Shown one piece after another: positions 1 through 15,000 of a stretch of DNA of 64,000 bases (within the stretch, counting starts at the first letter, position 1; each line of letters opens with the position of its first letter). Source of the stretch: Takakia lepidozioides (Eukaryota > Plantae > Bryophyta); assembly GCA_030704615.1 (NCBI GenBank), contig CM060732.1:65348001-65412000 (forward strand). The letters are read 5' to 3'. The translations under genes and the position numbers were made by a program. The notes below the pieces were generated by a model. It was not told where the DNA came from. It made no database searches and saw only the letters and a list, made by a program, of their open reading frames with translations.

Positions 1-27
1 TTATCTTCTGATGGACTCTGGTGCCAG

Positions 28-3000
28 GTGGTTTCGCTCAATTACTAGCAGTTGCTCGACCTGATTGGACTCCCACAGTAAAGCCGCCCGAAGAAGGGAG
101 GTTGGAACAGGTCTCGCTGAATGTTGGAAAGGAGGAGCCACAGCAGCCTGAAGCAGATGCAAGAGCCGGGCAGGCCAGATGGAGGATCGTCGTTACATGG
201 CTCAACAAGAAGAGTTTTGGTTGTGTCTTCGTCCTCGTTCAACTGAAGCACACATTGTCTATCTTTTGCTCAGATTGCATGGATAGAGGGACAGGGAGGG
301 AATATCATGCGTATGAATGACTTCCATATTCCTTGGGGTATTTACAGGAGGATGCTACTGACACTGCAGAAGCAGACAGTGGTGATGAGTCCGATTGGGA
401 GGTATAGACTGCTCTCTTTAATTCATATTCAGCCCATTGTAAAGAAACATTTCTGGTATTTGTCTTTGTGTTTCTCTTGAAGTGGAGTCTGAATTTATCA
501 CAAGACTATTTGGACTTTTGTGTGTCTCCAAGTCTCTCAGTGTTTGCTGATCAGTTGATACTGTATTAGAGAATCTGTCAAGTATTGCATACTCTGCAAA
601 AGCCTGAGCTATGTAGTGTAATGTCCAGGCTGTAACAGCATGTCTCTCCTGATGACAGTTCCAATGTGTCATTCTCTTTTTGTTCACATATACTGGTGCT
701 TGGATTGGACAAATCTCAACCAACACTGCTATATTGCATACCAGGGGGCAGACCAATGAAACAGCATCGCCGCAAGGAGAAAACGTTCGTATGAGTTCTG
801 TAACCTCTTCTCTGTCTAAACTACAGATGGTTGAAGCACTGCCACTGACTTAAACTTGCTTTGGTTGTGCCTTCCAACCATGTCGTGAATGCTTGTTACT
901 GTCATCATTTATGCCTTTAGACCAAATTTTTCTGGGAAACTGGGAGTCATTGCTGCCGTTGCTACCCCTTCCCCTCCCTCTCTCTCTTTCTCTCACACAC
1001 ACACATATGGGTTGATAACTCCAACAAGGCTAAGTCTCTAGAATCCATTTCAAGTGGGGGTGCTAAGGAGTGCATGTCAGCGATGCTCCAAACCAGCCAA
1101 ATGTGGGTTTGGCGTCCCCTCCTAAGCTCCCGACGAGATCCCAAGACATCAAGGTCAGATGGTGCGGGTCAGCTTGCAACATATGACAAAATCAGATATC
1201 CTAAGTTAATCGACTCTATATCTTGGAAGGCAGGATCGCCGTTCAAACAGGCGATGTCCTGGCGGAAGAGAGTTAGAAGAGGATTCTCAGGATCTGCATC
1301 TAAGCCCGCAAGTCTGGACCCTGATGGATATATCTGACTTAGAGGCTCTAGTGTCCAAAGCCATGGCTGTTGCCAGGAAAATTGTCCGATGAAAATGAAG
1401 TTAGGCAGAAACTTCCCATGAACTTGTTTCCCAGTCTATTGACATGGGGGAGGACATCATGGATGACCTCAAGGGTTACCCACTCTCGGCCACTAGGGGA
1501 ATGAAAATTAAAACTCAGGGCGAAGGAAGCCACCTTGGAAACAGCAAACAGAAGCAGAGAGGAAAGGGAGGGAGAGTGCAATTGCCGTTGTGTGTGGCAA
1601 CCTGACGATAATATTCTTTTGATTCATCCGGGGGTCTCTCACCAGAGAGACGCTTCTCTCAATCTATCAAGGAATTGTGCCTGTACCTCCTGTTTACCAA
1701 CTTTTAAAGTCTTGAGGCTGAGCCAAAAGCCCAGGCCCTTTCGGGGCCTAGTTATTGGGCAAAGCACACACAGCAGGTTGATGCTTGTGTAAAGGGATTT
1801 CTAGAGGATATCTGGAAAACCTGGATCAATTGTTTATTCCAAGGTAAGTCTTACTACTGGCGTCAGCCCTGGACAAAGGTAGGTTCTGTCCCATTGGTTT
1901 GCTCAAACTGGGTGCGGGGGGTCAATGGCCACAAGGCTACGGCAAACACGTCTTATGAGTACATTCTCTCTTTTGGTTCCTTGGTTCTTTCAGAGAATTG
2001 AAGGTGGTGGACCTTTGACAGGTGGTGGACCCAGCGTCACGTGCACAGGCTGCAGTGGCAGATTTCCAGGCTGCGAAGCAAGCAGCAACAGACGCAAAGG
2101 AGAAAGGAGACAACCAAAAGCAGGCAGCTGCGGGCCGGCTCATTCGGGAACTGAAACAGGAACTTACATCCTTGTCTTCGGTCTCTATTCTACTCCGCCT
2201 CCCTAGTCTCTTGCCCTTTGTTGGATATATATACAAATTTTCACTTGGAAAACAGCAACAGGGTACAGTATTGACCCAAAATATGTCTGGGAGGCATTGA
2301 TCTGACACCTACCTTTCTGGACAGGCTTGTCAGAGCAGGAGTATAGTAGGACCTCACACGGGATGGAAATAAGAAGCAGCGTAAGTGAGGAACAAGCATA
2401 TGCACATGACACACCTGTCAGATGGGCTGATGAGGAACGGAGCAGCTTGCGAGCTGGCAGTGAAGATAGTGGTTCTCTTATTGCTGCTGAGCCAGCAAAA
2501 GGTCAGATATGGGACACAGCAGACAGAAGTGAAAGGAAAGATCACACTGGAAGTTTAGAGCCGTCAGTGCAGGATGGTGAGTCACCCAGAAAGGGACCTG
2601 ATCTGCGTTTCCATATGATACAACTGTGGTCATCTTAAAGCTATTTATTAGTGAGACATTGTAGATTCTCAAAGGCATTAGTGACTTCTTGCAACAGTAG
2701 GCTTTGTGCCATTCTGTATGCTCAAGAAGTTAAATCTCAATCTAGCATCTACTCGAGTCATCCATAGGGCTTGTGAAACTCAGATGTGGGATGATTTGGG
2801 GATGTGGACTTCACTCTGAAGGGGAACTGTTTGAAGCGGCAATTGAGAAAAGCGAGGGCCAAGAAGAAAGTGATGGTGGAGATGGGAGCGCCTCAGATGC
2901 AAGGAATATTGATTTAACTAGTAAGACCAAAGAGAAAATTGTGACCGGAGGAGTCCTCGTGGTTGACGAAGAGGGAATGCTCGGTATGTTCGATGAAGAG

Positions 3001-6000
3001 GCGGTGCCGGACCAAAGATTGCCTGAGACTGTACTTCAGATGCAGAAGCGTGAAAAGGTGGCTGCTTGGGGGATGTATGGTGAAACCCCGAGAGGCAAGC
3101 AGGTTCCAGCCAGTAAGAAAGGCAATAAACTGAATGCTCAGGTATGTTGTCTGATTGCTATCACCTCCTTCCTGCCTGCTTGAACTCTTCCATATTGCTG
3201 ACACACAATCCTCTGTGCTTGACAGCCATATTTGCGTGCATGAAGTTTCTCTCTCTGTATCGTGGCCGTCGAGGGCAATTGCTGGCCTCACAGGGAGGCC
3301 TTCATGTATACTTTTTTTTCAGAATTCCTTATTTGGATGAAACATGGCAACAGGAGGAGTTGCAGAGACAGCCAAAGGCAGTGCTGCAGCAGCATTGTCA
3401 GAAGAATGGCTGGGCTGCTCCAAAGTATGAGAAGGTGCCTGGGAAGGGTGCTGGCTACTGTTATTCTGTGACTGTTGTCCAGCCCACAACAGGTCGTGGA
3501 AAGAGCAAGAAAGTTGGAGGCCCGGTTACTTGCAAGCTGCCTGATGATGAAGTCAGCTTTCAGTCCATTGCTGTAAGTGTCTGTCATACCCATCACATGC
3601 AATGAAAGTTCTTTTAGTTTGATCTTGTTCTTATGAGGTTAAGGTCTGTGTAGCACTTCTAAGGTTCGTGTTCAGTATATTTGATCAATCTCATTGATCG
3701 TAGTCTCAAAATAATGCGACTTGCAACTAGGCGGAGACTCTAAATGATGGAGACTAGATGTGGATTATCTGCAGGGCCAACTAGCAGGAGGGGGTTTCAT
3801 CTTTTCAATTTTACTTTAACATCCCTTGGACCTGAATCGGAAATCTTTCCTATGTTGCAGGAGGCACAGAACGCAGTTGCAGCACGAGCCCTTTTTTGGT
3901 TGTTTCCAGAGCTACCGTTATATCGTGTTCTACCTGAGCCATATCGAACCATGTGTTTTCAGTGGCATGCTGAAGGTTGAGCTTAACATAGCATGATGGT
4001 TCTGTCTTTGCTGTTTCCTGTAGACCTTTATGTCCCTTTGCATTAGTCTCCCAAGCTGGGAAGATTACAAAGTGCAGTGGATGGTTGCAAAGCTTTATGC
4101 ACACCTTGGAGTCCCTTTTTCCTCGGTTTAGCCTAATGCTGATTGTGTTGCAAGACTGTAGTGATTCCGCAAAGCAGACTTCTCGGAGGACTGTGGAAAC
4201 AAAGGATAATAGTGTCAGTTGTTTCTGACAATTGTTGTCTTTGCACTCTGTTGTTTATGTTAAAGGTCAAGCAGCTAAAAAGCAAGAGGCAGAGGAGGAG
4301 GTTTTGAGACGAAGTGTGTTTGTGGATTCGTTGGTGGATTCCAGCATCTCCTGCGACTCTATTCCTCCTAAAGCATGTGTGGTGGCGGATACATTGAATG
4401 AAGCAGTATCGAAGCAAGGCAACCAAAGAGTTGATGAGACCGTGAAGCAGAAATATGACAGTAAGGCCCATCTACATCCTCCTTTCGTACATGCCTCTGG
4501 AAACCCATTGATGTGTCTCTCCCCTCTAATTTGTTGATCAGATCTATTACTTTTCAAAGATTGAGGCAACCGAGGAAGTTGAGCATGAGTGCACAGAAGC
4601 AAATCCTGATTGTTAAAATACACCTTTGTATGTCCCTACACTCAGTTCGTAAAGTTCTTTTGCTCGGGTTGCTTCTTTAGTGTTCAATGTGCATTTCTCA
4701 TAAGCGTACAGCAAAAGTCTTAGATAATCTGGATCGAAGCAGCTTACACATTGCACATTAGATCTTGGGGATTCTGCATGATATCAGGCCACAGATAATA
4801 TCATTTTTCCTTTCTGTGTCCTAGATGGGCCTTCCGATCAAGGCCCTTCGACAGCAGAATTTCAACATCTGGTAGAGAACTTAGCCCCAGTGGTGATTAA
4901 CTAGGGGGTGGGTCTAACTTAAATCTCTTAATTGCAATGGGTGGCATGAGCAGGATATAGGTTGCGGAAAGAGGGCGACAGCTATGACCTTTTTAACAGG
5001 TTGCAAGAAAAGCTGAGGACAAAGGATTATCAGGTCTCTTTTTATTTTTCTTTGCAAGCAGCAAACCACAAATTTGGGTCCTACTTGTCTGTATAGCATT
5101 TGGTCTCCAGATTACACTTCACAGATTTTTTCAAAGTCTCCTCTCAACCCCTTTCCCAACTGTTAAAAGCACAAGAGTGAATAAGGAATAAGTGGAAAAT
5201 AGAAAGGAGATGGTGCATGTCCTTCTCTCTGTATGTTGCATGTGCTTGTTGCACTTCGAAGCGATCATGACACAGTCGTGCATCTGACAGATTGTTGTAG
5301 CCTTCAATATCTTCTTTCCAACGTTGCAACAGTTCCCTGTGCATTGAATTTGTTTGGCAGGCACTCTTTGATTGTGCTCATGGATTCCTCAGGCTATGCT
5401 GGATGCACGAGCAGCCCTTCCAATGGCAGCTGTGAAAGATCAACTGCTTGCTAAAGTTGGGGAGAACGATGTTGTTGTGGTCAGTGGTGAAACAGGGTGT
5501 GGTAAAACTACACAGGTTTGTTCACGCAGCTATTTTTGTAGCACTTCAGTACTGCAGTTGTAAATCTCTCAGGAGATCATAACATTTGCATATCAATAGT
5601 TCCATTTGTTTAATGGAGGTTTTAATGACTCGGGACTTTCTTGTGAGTTGCTGATCAGCCCTGAGCGTAGTTGGTCAAATCCAGTGCAGACTGAATGAAT
5701 CCCGCATCTGTCAGCAATTGCAATCTCAGATGGGACCAAACGCTGAGCCAATGTGAGTTTGCAAAACGAGAGCCCTAGAAATGATGACGACTTAGCCTAT
5801 ATGAGTGGCTATTACTCTTTAGAGTGACACCCATCCCCAGGGTTAACAGACCGACCGTAGAACCTGATTCAAGAAGTGGAAGGAATTGAATATGACTAAG
5901 CTTATGGACTTCAACTTGGCAAACTGGGTTGGAGGTCAAATTGATTGGTTGCACGACAAATAACACTCATAATAAAGATGTGAGTCCTCTTGCAGCCTCT

Positions 6001-9000
6001 TACTAAATGTTGCTCCCAAGGGCACGCATTTAAACATTGTATGAAAATTGGATGGACCGGTCGTAGTCATGTATGTCTATGCAAACTCTCGAAAGTGACT
6101 GATGAATGTTGGTGTATTTGAGATGAGAGCAGGTGCCACAGTACATACTGGATGAAATGATTGCTGCAGGGCGTGGTGGTTTTTGCAACATTGTGTGCAC
6201 TCAACCTCGTCGAATTGCTGTATGTTTGCACAACTGTCACTCCAGTTCTCCATGAGGGTCTGTTCAAGCTTGTGTAGTGCAAAATTTTTGGACCACCTTA
6301 TTTTGGAATGGAGATTTGACAAAGGGAATTAGGTTTACTACAGGTGTTTTGTGAACTTCAAAAGAAGACTGATCCTTCAGTGCTGAGAGTAATCTTGGGC
6401 ACACAGTAATTTTTCAAAGTTGTTTACTTCGTTGCTGAAGCATATTTGTCGGTGATTGGCAGTGAACCATATCTGTGCACTGATTGACATATTTAACATT
6501 CCTATTTCTACTTCGCTGGTGTTCTTTCCTTCTTGGCTCACACCGTCATAAAAATAGTTCAAGAAATAAAGAAATAACCTGACTGGTAGAGTGTTGGGAC
6601 TGTAACTCTGCTGTGATAATCTTTGAGATGGATATTTTGTTGGTTCTGCAGGCCATATCAGTGGCTGAGAGGGTGGCGGCAGAACGATGTGAACCGACCC
6701 CTGGAAGCAGTGGGTCACTAGTAGGTTACCAAGTACGCCTTGATGCTGCCTGGTAGTTTCCATCCTATTCTGGTTGTCGTTAACATGTCCCTATGTTGAT
6801 GAAGTTCGATACATGTAGAGGAAAGGAAAATAGAGAGCAAGAAAGGGCATCCAGAAGGTTGTGAGAAAGTTCTGATTGTCTTTTTTTAGATTCTCATTGC
6901 AGAGTGCGGTCTGCTGTGTGATTTTCAGGAACCAAAGTACAAAGCTTCTTTTCTGCACAACGGGTATCCTGCTTCGAAGGCTTTCTGTGAGTGTGAATTA
7001 GTTGCATATCGGATGCTGAAATTCTTCCGATCTCTGTCAAATCTGCTCCCCATTGCGTCTGGCCCTGCTTTGTGCAGTTTCCAAGTCTGCTACTGTGAAC
7101 CTCCTCTCGATGACCTATTTCCCTTGAAGATTGCTCAGAGTATTCCTTGCTGTCTTTCTTTTCAATTGTTCAGGGAGACCGAGATCTAAGTGAAATATCA
7201 CATATTGTTGTGGATGAGGTGCATGAGCGCACAGTCCTGGTAAGCATCTCTTTTTGTATTTTGTTTGTGCCTTTTGCTTGATTTCACCATGAAGAATGTT
7301 GCAGTTTATATTAGCGTCGCTGGAATGAAGGCAGTTGTGAGCTCAGAGGTTAGAAACCCTGAGTCTGGACCGAAAGAGTCTCCTATTTACAAGTATCGGA
7401 TGGCTTTGCAATCTATTTTGGCACTTTCAAATAGAACTGTTGGAACCTCATATGTTTCGATTCCGTATGCAAAATCATGACCTTTCCTACTTTTTGATGC
7501 AGGGGGATTTTTTACTAGTGATATTGAAGGATCTGCTGGTGAGGAGACGGGCAGCTGGGGCTTCTCCACTAAAATTAGTTCTTATGTAAGTTGTTCGCAG
7601 TGATGCCACGGTTGTGTAACAGCCTCAGGAAAAATGGAGGGGGGGGGGGGCGCAGTGGGGAATTGATCGAGCCTGAAAAACTCAAAGCTGTTCTGTAGAT
7701 GAAGGCGTGAGCAGTGATGTAATGATGGGAGATACTTTCTAAGCATGTCTCTGTATTTGCACAACCAGGTCTGCAACACTCGACTCAAACCTTTTTTCCA
7801 AGTACTTCGGGGACTCCCCTGTGATCTCAGCGAAGGGTCGGACATTTCCTGTGACGACATATTTCTTAGAGGATGTTTTTGAGCGTCTAGACTATCGCCT
7901 TGCCTCTGATTCTCCTGCTGCAGTGTCCAACATGTATAGGGCAAACAAAAAAAAGGTGGTTCTCTTTGTATGACACCCTTGTCTTGTCACTCAATAATTA
8001 CCTTGCATTTTTCATTGGTATGGGTATGGTCTGATTGGTGTGTTTCTGTTTTTCTCCTCTTTCAACAAATTTCAGATCCAGTGCACCTCAATATCTTCAG
8101 CTGATTTGGAATTTGAGTTGCAAATCAATATTTGTGTAGGCAGTGATGATTTTTAGTCTGTCTGTGTGCATCTCTCTGTAAGCTCTGTTTGTGTTCGGCT
8201 GGTTACTCTATGGGGCATTGTGTCTTTGGAAGACATTTGGCAGTTTTTGATTCATTGCCTTGTATTGAGCTGTTCACGAGCTCTATAGCAAGCTCCGGGT
8301 GAGTTTTAGGGTTGAACCTCAGGAGTGGCGCTTTGCTGATCAGTAGGCTGTATCCAAGGGATACTATCATAGCCAATAGTCACGGTGAACTGTCAATGAG
8401 TACATCTCTCCCCCTTTGCCTTGAAGTATGCATTTGTTACCTGATAAGCAATGGTCGTTTTTGCTAGGCTGCAAGAAGCTTGGTAGACAGCAGCAGAGGC
8501 AGGCAGGACTTGGTTCGCTCAGGCTGGGGAGATGACACCAAGCTTGAGGAGGAGATTGTGAACCCTTTGTTTGACATAGACCTGTATCACAACTTCAATG
8601 AAAGAACCCGTGCCAACTTGGTAAACCACTCCAACCTTTTGCCAGGACTCCCATAGTATCCTTCTTTGGGAAAATTCTAGACTCGGGAGGTCGTGGAAAC
8701 CCTGTTGTAATGTTTGACTGTGGAGTGTCGTGGTAGAAAGCCAACTGACAAAAGTCAAGGATCATTTGATTCCCACTCTGTTGTGCTCTTACTGCATCAC
8801 ACCCACGTTCATGCATTAACAGGAAAGCGGTTGGAGACTGGCCCAGTTGTATTTGTTATGATGGCAAGTGTTGCTTTTCAGGAAAAATTGAATGAAGATG
8901 TGATTGATTATGATCTTCTTGAAGATCTGATCATCCACATTGATGAGGACTGTGAAACTGGAGCAATATTAGTCTTTTTACCTGTGAGTTTCACGCACTA

Positions 9001-12000
9001 ATTTTCTCCCAACTCAATAGGAAGTTGCAGCTGTTTGTTTGATATTTTCATCCTCCCTCTGTTAATTTTCGATTGGTTTGTACATACATCTGTCAGTCTC
9101 TACGTGAAAGAACCCATATTTCATCATAGGATTATGCATATCTACTATCTGCTCTAATGTGTGCCATTTGGGCTGTTGGTGTTCAGTATGTGGTGCAGTA
9201 AGTCATCCTTTTGTGTTTCTACTCTCTTGGCACATGTTGTGGCTGGTCACTTCGGTTTTCATTGCATGCTTTGCTTGTATGTCCTTTGCATGGGAGGTTT
9301 CCTTAATTGGCTGAAAATTAATTTGTCAGGAATCTGCATAGTCAAACACGGAAGTGTTGAATATAATGCATGACTGGCGGGAGGTGTCAGGGAATGGCAG
9401 AAATACAATTATTATGGGATCGTCTATCCGTCTCACGAAGATTTAGTGGGTCAGCATCACAGTGGCTGCTCCCTTTACACTCCTCTGTGGCATCCTCAGA
9501 CCAGCGTCGAGTGTTTCAGAGCCCTCCCCAGGGCAATCGCAAGGTCTGATTTGTCCAATCCCTTGTTGATGTCTTTGAATATTGCAAGTTCAGACAGGTG
9601 TATGCATTGTATCATGCCACTTTGAAAGTCGTTGCTTCAAGGCCCCAAGAACTATAATATGCACATTTTTCACTGCAGATTGTAGTAGCGAAATTTAAGC
9701 AAGTTCCTCTATGTTCCAATGTGATTTGAGGCTTGCAAGGTCAGGAGGAAAACAGAGCTACAACTTGGTGAATAGGGTTTATTTTAGAAGCAAACCCATA
9801 AACACAGCTGGTGAGTTGTTTGTATATGAATGAAAACTGTGCTGCAGATTGTGCTGGCAACCAATATTGCAGAGACCAGCATTACCATTGATGATGTCGT
9901 CCATGTTATTGATTGTGGGAAGCACAAGGAGAACCGTTTTGACCCTCGCCGGGTATGTCCCTTTGTGTTTAGCATGTCTGAAAAGTGTCAGTCTGCCTCA
10001 CCCCTTGCAGTTCAAACCTCGCCCAACTCACAGAAGCTATTTATGTGGGGTTTTGATCATGGAAATCTCATTTGGAACTTTCTTTTCGTCCCATGTGCTT
10101 TGACCTTCTATTGAACATAGCAAATCTTCTCTCTTTTTAACTTTCCTCTTTGAAGTCTTTCCCCTCCTTCTGACTGTCTTATGCTTGCAAACTGTGTCTG
10201 AGGATATTGCTGATAGTGCAAGGGTATGATGCAGGGAATGTCCAGTATGGTAGAGGCATGGATCTCACAGGCAAATGCTAGACAGCGCAGTGGGAGAGCC
10301 GGGCGTGTACGGCCGGGAAGTTGCTTCTGCCTGTATACACGCCACCGACTTGAGAAGATAATGCGGCCTTTTCAAGTAAAACTACCTCCCTTTTGGGGTG
10401 ACCTCTTCTGGTTCCTGTGGGTCGTTCATGTCCCTTAGCCCTCGAGCTAGAATCGGACATCCTTGTATCCTATCTGCTAGGAAATCATTCTTATTGTCAC
10501 CGGCGTGTACCAATGAAATTACTGGGAAAGTCATTATACAGGATTTAGTACAGTTAGGATACCCCCTGCAATTAGGTGCTCGTCCCTATTATTCCCTAGT
10601 GACAAACATTTTAGGAACTTCTACAATTTGCTTGAGACTGGCAGGACTTTATGAAAGATGTAAGTTAGCCTTATGCTTTTACTGATCCATATGGAGAGTA
10701 ATGCTGATCTGCTATATGTGCAGTTGCCAGAGATGCTGCGGGTGCCGTTGGTGGAGTTGTGTTTGCAAATCAAGCTTCTCCGGCTTGGCACTGTTGCGTC
10801 CTTTCTTGAAAGGGTGGGCATGTTTCTAGTCCTACTGGCATGTGAATCATGGCACTGTGTGTTCTACATTGGTTGAGGCAGGAGGTAGCAGTTGGCTTTT
10901 ATGCTGGAGAGCATCAACAAGATTTCAAACTTCGCCTGCTTGGTAACATATACTGAGCACATGTTACTGTGATGCACTTTTGCTGCAGGCCTTGGAGCCT
11001 CCCAAGATGGATGCAGTGAGCAGTGCAATCTCAACTCTTCGCGAGGTACATTAGAACTCTGCATTCAATGTAAAGAAGACATAACAGATAGTGCTAATTG
11101 CAGCGTGGATGCTGATTTCCTCATCAGAGGCATCTTAGAAAGTAAACATGGGAGGTCTGCAGGTGGGAGCGGTGAACGAAAAAGAGGAGATTACAGCTCT
11201 GGGCTACCATTTAGCTGCTCTACCTGTGGATGTGCGCATTGGAAAGGTTGGAAGCTTCCCCTTGTGGTATAGGCTATTTTGGTGCTTGGATCCCTTAAAT
11301 CTGTTCTAGTTTCACTCATTGAGCCTGGCATTCTTTGGTTTGAGTTGGGTGCAGATGATGCTGTATGGAGCAGTGTTTGGCTGCGTGAGTCCAGTGATCA
11401 CAGTGGCTGCCTGCCTCAGCCACAAGTCCCCCTTTGTTGTTCCACAAGATCAGGTAGCTTTTGGCATTGCTGCATGACACGTGGGTCCATGCCATATTCT
11501 CTTTCCATGTTCTCCTGCAGGCTATATACAAAGTTTTGTTTTCTTCTCATGGATTTTTCATTTCTGTATGTGGACGAAACCACACAACTGTTTCTATGCA
11601 GTCTACTCTCCTGATGCCAAGTAGAGGTGATGGCAAGCCCTCCTTCCAGCGAATGTTACATCCTCTCCCTCAGTTCCTCCTGATGATAGATGAGTGAATG
11701 TGGATGGCAGAGAGATGCTGCAGAACGGGCAAAGCAAGCACTGGTTACTGATAAAAGCAAAGGTGGCATTGCTGCAAATATTGCAATGGCACAGCAATCA
11801 GATCACTTGGCCATGGTTGCTGCATACAATGGGTGGGCCAATATTGCTGCTCAGGTACTTTTTGTCGTCGCACTTGCATTGCCTTATATGCCCACTATAA
11901 GTTTATAAATACTCTCGGTTGTCCTGTCATAATCAACTGCCTCTCTGACTATGAGTGTCTCTTGCAGAAAGGAGCCAGAGCTGCACGTGAGTTCTGTCAT

Positions 12001-15000
12001 TCTAACTTCCTCAGTATACCTACTCTGAACATGTTGAGGTATGATTTTGGCGTCTCCTTGTTTGAAGTCCAGCTTTGTGTATAACTGCCTGCCTCTGTTT
12101 CCACTTATCCCGTGAAGTAAAGGTGACAGAGGTCATGGATTTATCTCTTCTGGAGGTATGATCAGAAAGCTGTTGGTTGTTGATTAGTAGTACATTTATC
12201 CTCTATTATGACACCGTCTTCTTTTGGACACTGAGATACTTACCTCTGGGTGAGGTATGGGACAGGGACATGCGGACACAGTTTGCCAGTCTTCTTGCGG
12301 ACATAGGCTTCCTTACTTTTCCTGAGGTTTACAAGTGATTTTAAGCAGAAATGCTTGCAAGTGAAATATTGGAGTCTGTTGAAATCTGGTTTAGTCGCAT
12401 GCTATTTCTTTCTTGGCTAAGGGTGCAAAGAAAGGCAGTACCAAAGGCGATTCATCACTAAAGCAGAAATGACCTGAGGTTCCCAACCAAAGCTCATATT
12501 CTAGGGGCATGTGGAGCAGGGTGGCAGTGCCAAGAGAGAGGGCAGTCTGGAGCGCTGGGTGGATGACTTCCAGCAACCTTACAACCTGAACTCCCTCCAT
12601 GCATCAGTTGTCAAGGTATTGCTCTGATGTTAGAAGGGCTGTGATTCCTTCTCCAATGCTTCCTCACCAGATGTATGCTTCCTCGCTATATATTGTTGAT
12701 ATTGGGGGGCTGTGTCGTTCTTTTAGAGGGAAAACACTTCTGAAGTGAGGTTTTGGATGGTCTTACTGGGTCAAGTTTGGCGTGTCATGTGGGCGAGGAG
12801 AAAGAGAAATAAACCTGGTTAGGGGCCTGAGATGAGAGTCTTGCAGGCATCACTTTGTGCAGGGTTGTATCCAAATGTTGCATCTATGGAGGAAGAGAGT
12901 GTTAGAGCTGGTCATGCTAGCGCTCTCAGCCTTCGCGCCGGTCTTGCCTCAGGGCAGCGTCCTCGTTGGTCTGATGGGCGCCGTGAGGTCTTCATCCATC
13001 CATCATCTGTCAACCATCTGGTCTCAGAGTTTCGCCAGCCCTTTCTCATCTTCCATGAGAAGGTAAGAACCATTACGGGTCCCTCTCCTTCGTCCCTTCC
13101 ACAGGTATCACAAGGGTATTTCAATTTTTGCTTCTTTCTGCTCCTTTTCTCCAGGTGAGGCATCCAAGCACAAGAGGGTTTGTCAGAGTAGGAGCACACA
13201 GCCATCACCACACTCTCACTTGGCCGATTCTCACTCACTTGCTCAGGTGAACCTGCTAATTCTTGCGAAAGGGGGGCAAGGGTTCATAAAGTGGCGTGTT
13301 TTGCGTTCCACTGATGTCCTGTGATTGGCAGGTAGAGACTAGCAAAGTGTATCTTCGTGACACCACAGTCATTTCGCCATATGCCCTGCTTCTTTTTGGT
13401 GGTTCTATCAATGTTCAGCATCAGGTTTGTTCTTGTCTCCCTTGGTTCTTTGTTTCCAAGGCACTTTCATCCAATAAGCTTCTTTGAGCCTCCTGTGATG
13501 GCTATGATGTGAGTTTCTCTTCTTCTTCCCTATCTCTCAAACTCTCCGTTTGTGTGTATGGAGGTAAATTGTGATCTACAAGTCTCACTCCTTCTGGACA
13601 TTGTTCATTCTCTGCGGACTGAGACAGGGCATTGGAATGACACTCCCTGAGGCTAGACTCTGTCCTGTCTCTACCACCGAGGACGTAGAGACAGTACTAT
13701 TTTTTTTTCTCCCGCACCATATACTATGAGATTGAAAATGGATATTAGTGCCTCTTCTGAGACTCCCAGTCTTTGGCAGAGACCTTGGCAGCTTACCTCT
13801 TTGGGCCTTGTTGGATGTATTGAAGTGGTTTCTTATTGTTCTAGCATGTCCCAAGGGTGCTTTGGGCCTCCTGTGAAAGGCATAACTTCCCCTGTGGAGG
13901 TCATAAAGTTACTTTCTTGATGTGAGTCTTATAGACCATATTGTTTTTCTGTTTGGTGGGCACGGGGGCAGACAGGCCGAGTGACAGTGGATGATTGGCT
14001 TGAAATGAATGCACCTGCGCAAACTGCGGTCCTCTTTAAGGAGCTTCGTATTGCTCTTGACTCTGTGTTGCAGGAGAGAATAGGAGCTCCCCAGGCAAGC
14101 CTCTTCCCTGTTTGAAACTATCCTTTGCTCCTTCTTTCTCTCGGTGTTCACATTGTGAAGTTCCGTTTGTCTTTCTTTCTGGGGTTGACTCTTAGACAAT
14201 TCCTTGGACTGACGTTGTTTTTGGGGCTGCCTGTGGAGGGCCCCTCTGTCTTTCTTGTTTCATGCTTTCTCTTGTGTCATAAGCTCTTTGAGCTTTCTAC
14301 GGACGATATTCGGTATCACTTCCTTTCATTTTATTTCCCTCCTGCCCTCTTCCTTGGACAGCATAACCACTCAGACGGAGAGTGGTTAGACAGGGAAACT
14401 ACTCACATTCGCATTCACTAGATCCGTCTCCAGCTTGAGGGTCATTGCAGCAGTGCTGGATTGAACTCGTGCTTCCTCATACTTCAATGCCAGCATGTTC
14501 TTCAATGATACTCAGTTCCCTGTAAAGGAATTGTCCCTGGTTTTGTGCAAGTGCTGTAGCAAGTATGGGTTGAGTCTCAAATGTTCCGGTTGGCAAAAAC
14601 CCCGTGGCTTGGGTAGGGTCAATATTCTGTTGGGAATGTGCCTAATATGTCATAGCCAATGTTGAGAGGGAACGGTCAATAAGTACATTCTCTCTCTCTC
14701 TGTTAACTGTCTCTAGTCCCCACATATGGGCACTAAAGCCCTGGCCTGTTGGGGTCTAATTGCTGGGCAGCTCACACACAGCAGATTGATGCTTGTGTGA
14801 GCTTTCTAGAGGAAATCCGAACCAATTGTTTACACCAAGGTAAGTCCCACTACTGGAGTGAGCCCTCCAAAGGTAGTGTCTGTTCCCTCTTAGTGCCCAC
14901 ATATGACTACCAGTGTAATTACAGCCACAACGTGACATCTGCACTGCCCAAAGGGGTAGGTGCCACTCATGGCAATGCACCTAGAGCCATCCATCATGTG

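Noticed and set aside
962-1008. CT/CA microsatellite, and the poly-G run at ~7638-7651
   Set aside because: Ordinary intronic simple repeats.
165-2180. Helicase pseudogenisation (frameshift near 175-190, apparently missing GT donors near 215 and 2175)
   Set aside because: The remaining exons are intact and conserved, so the isolated defects are more likely base-level assembly errors. This needs read checking.
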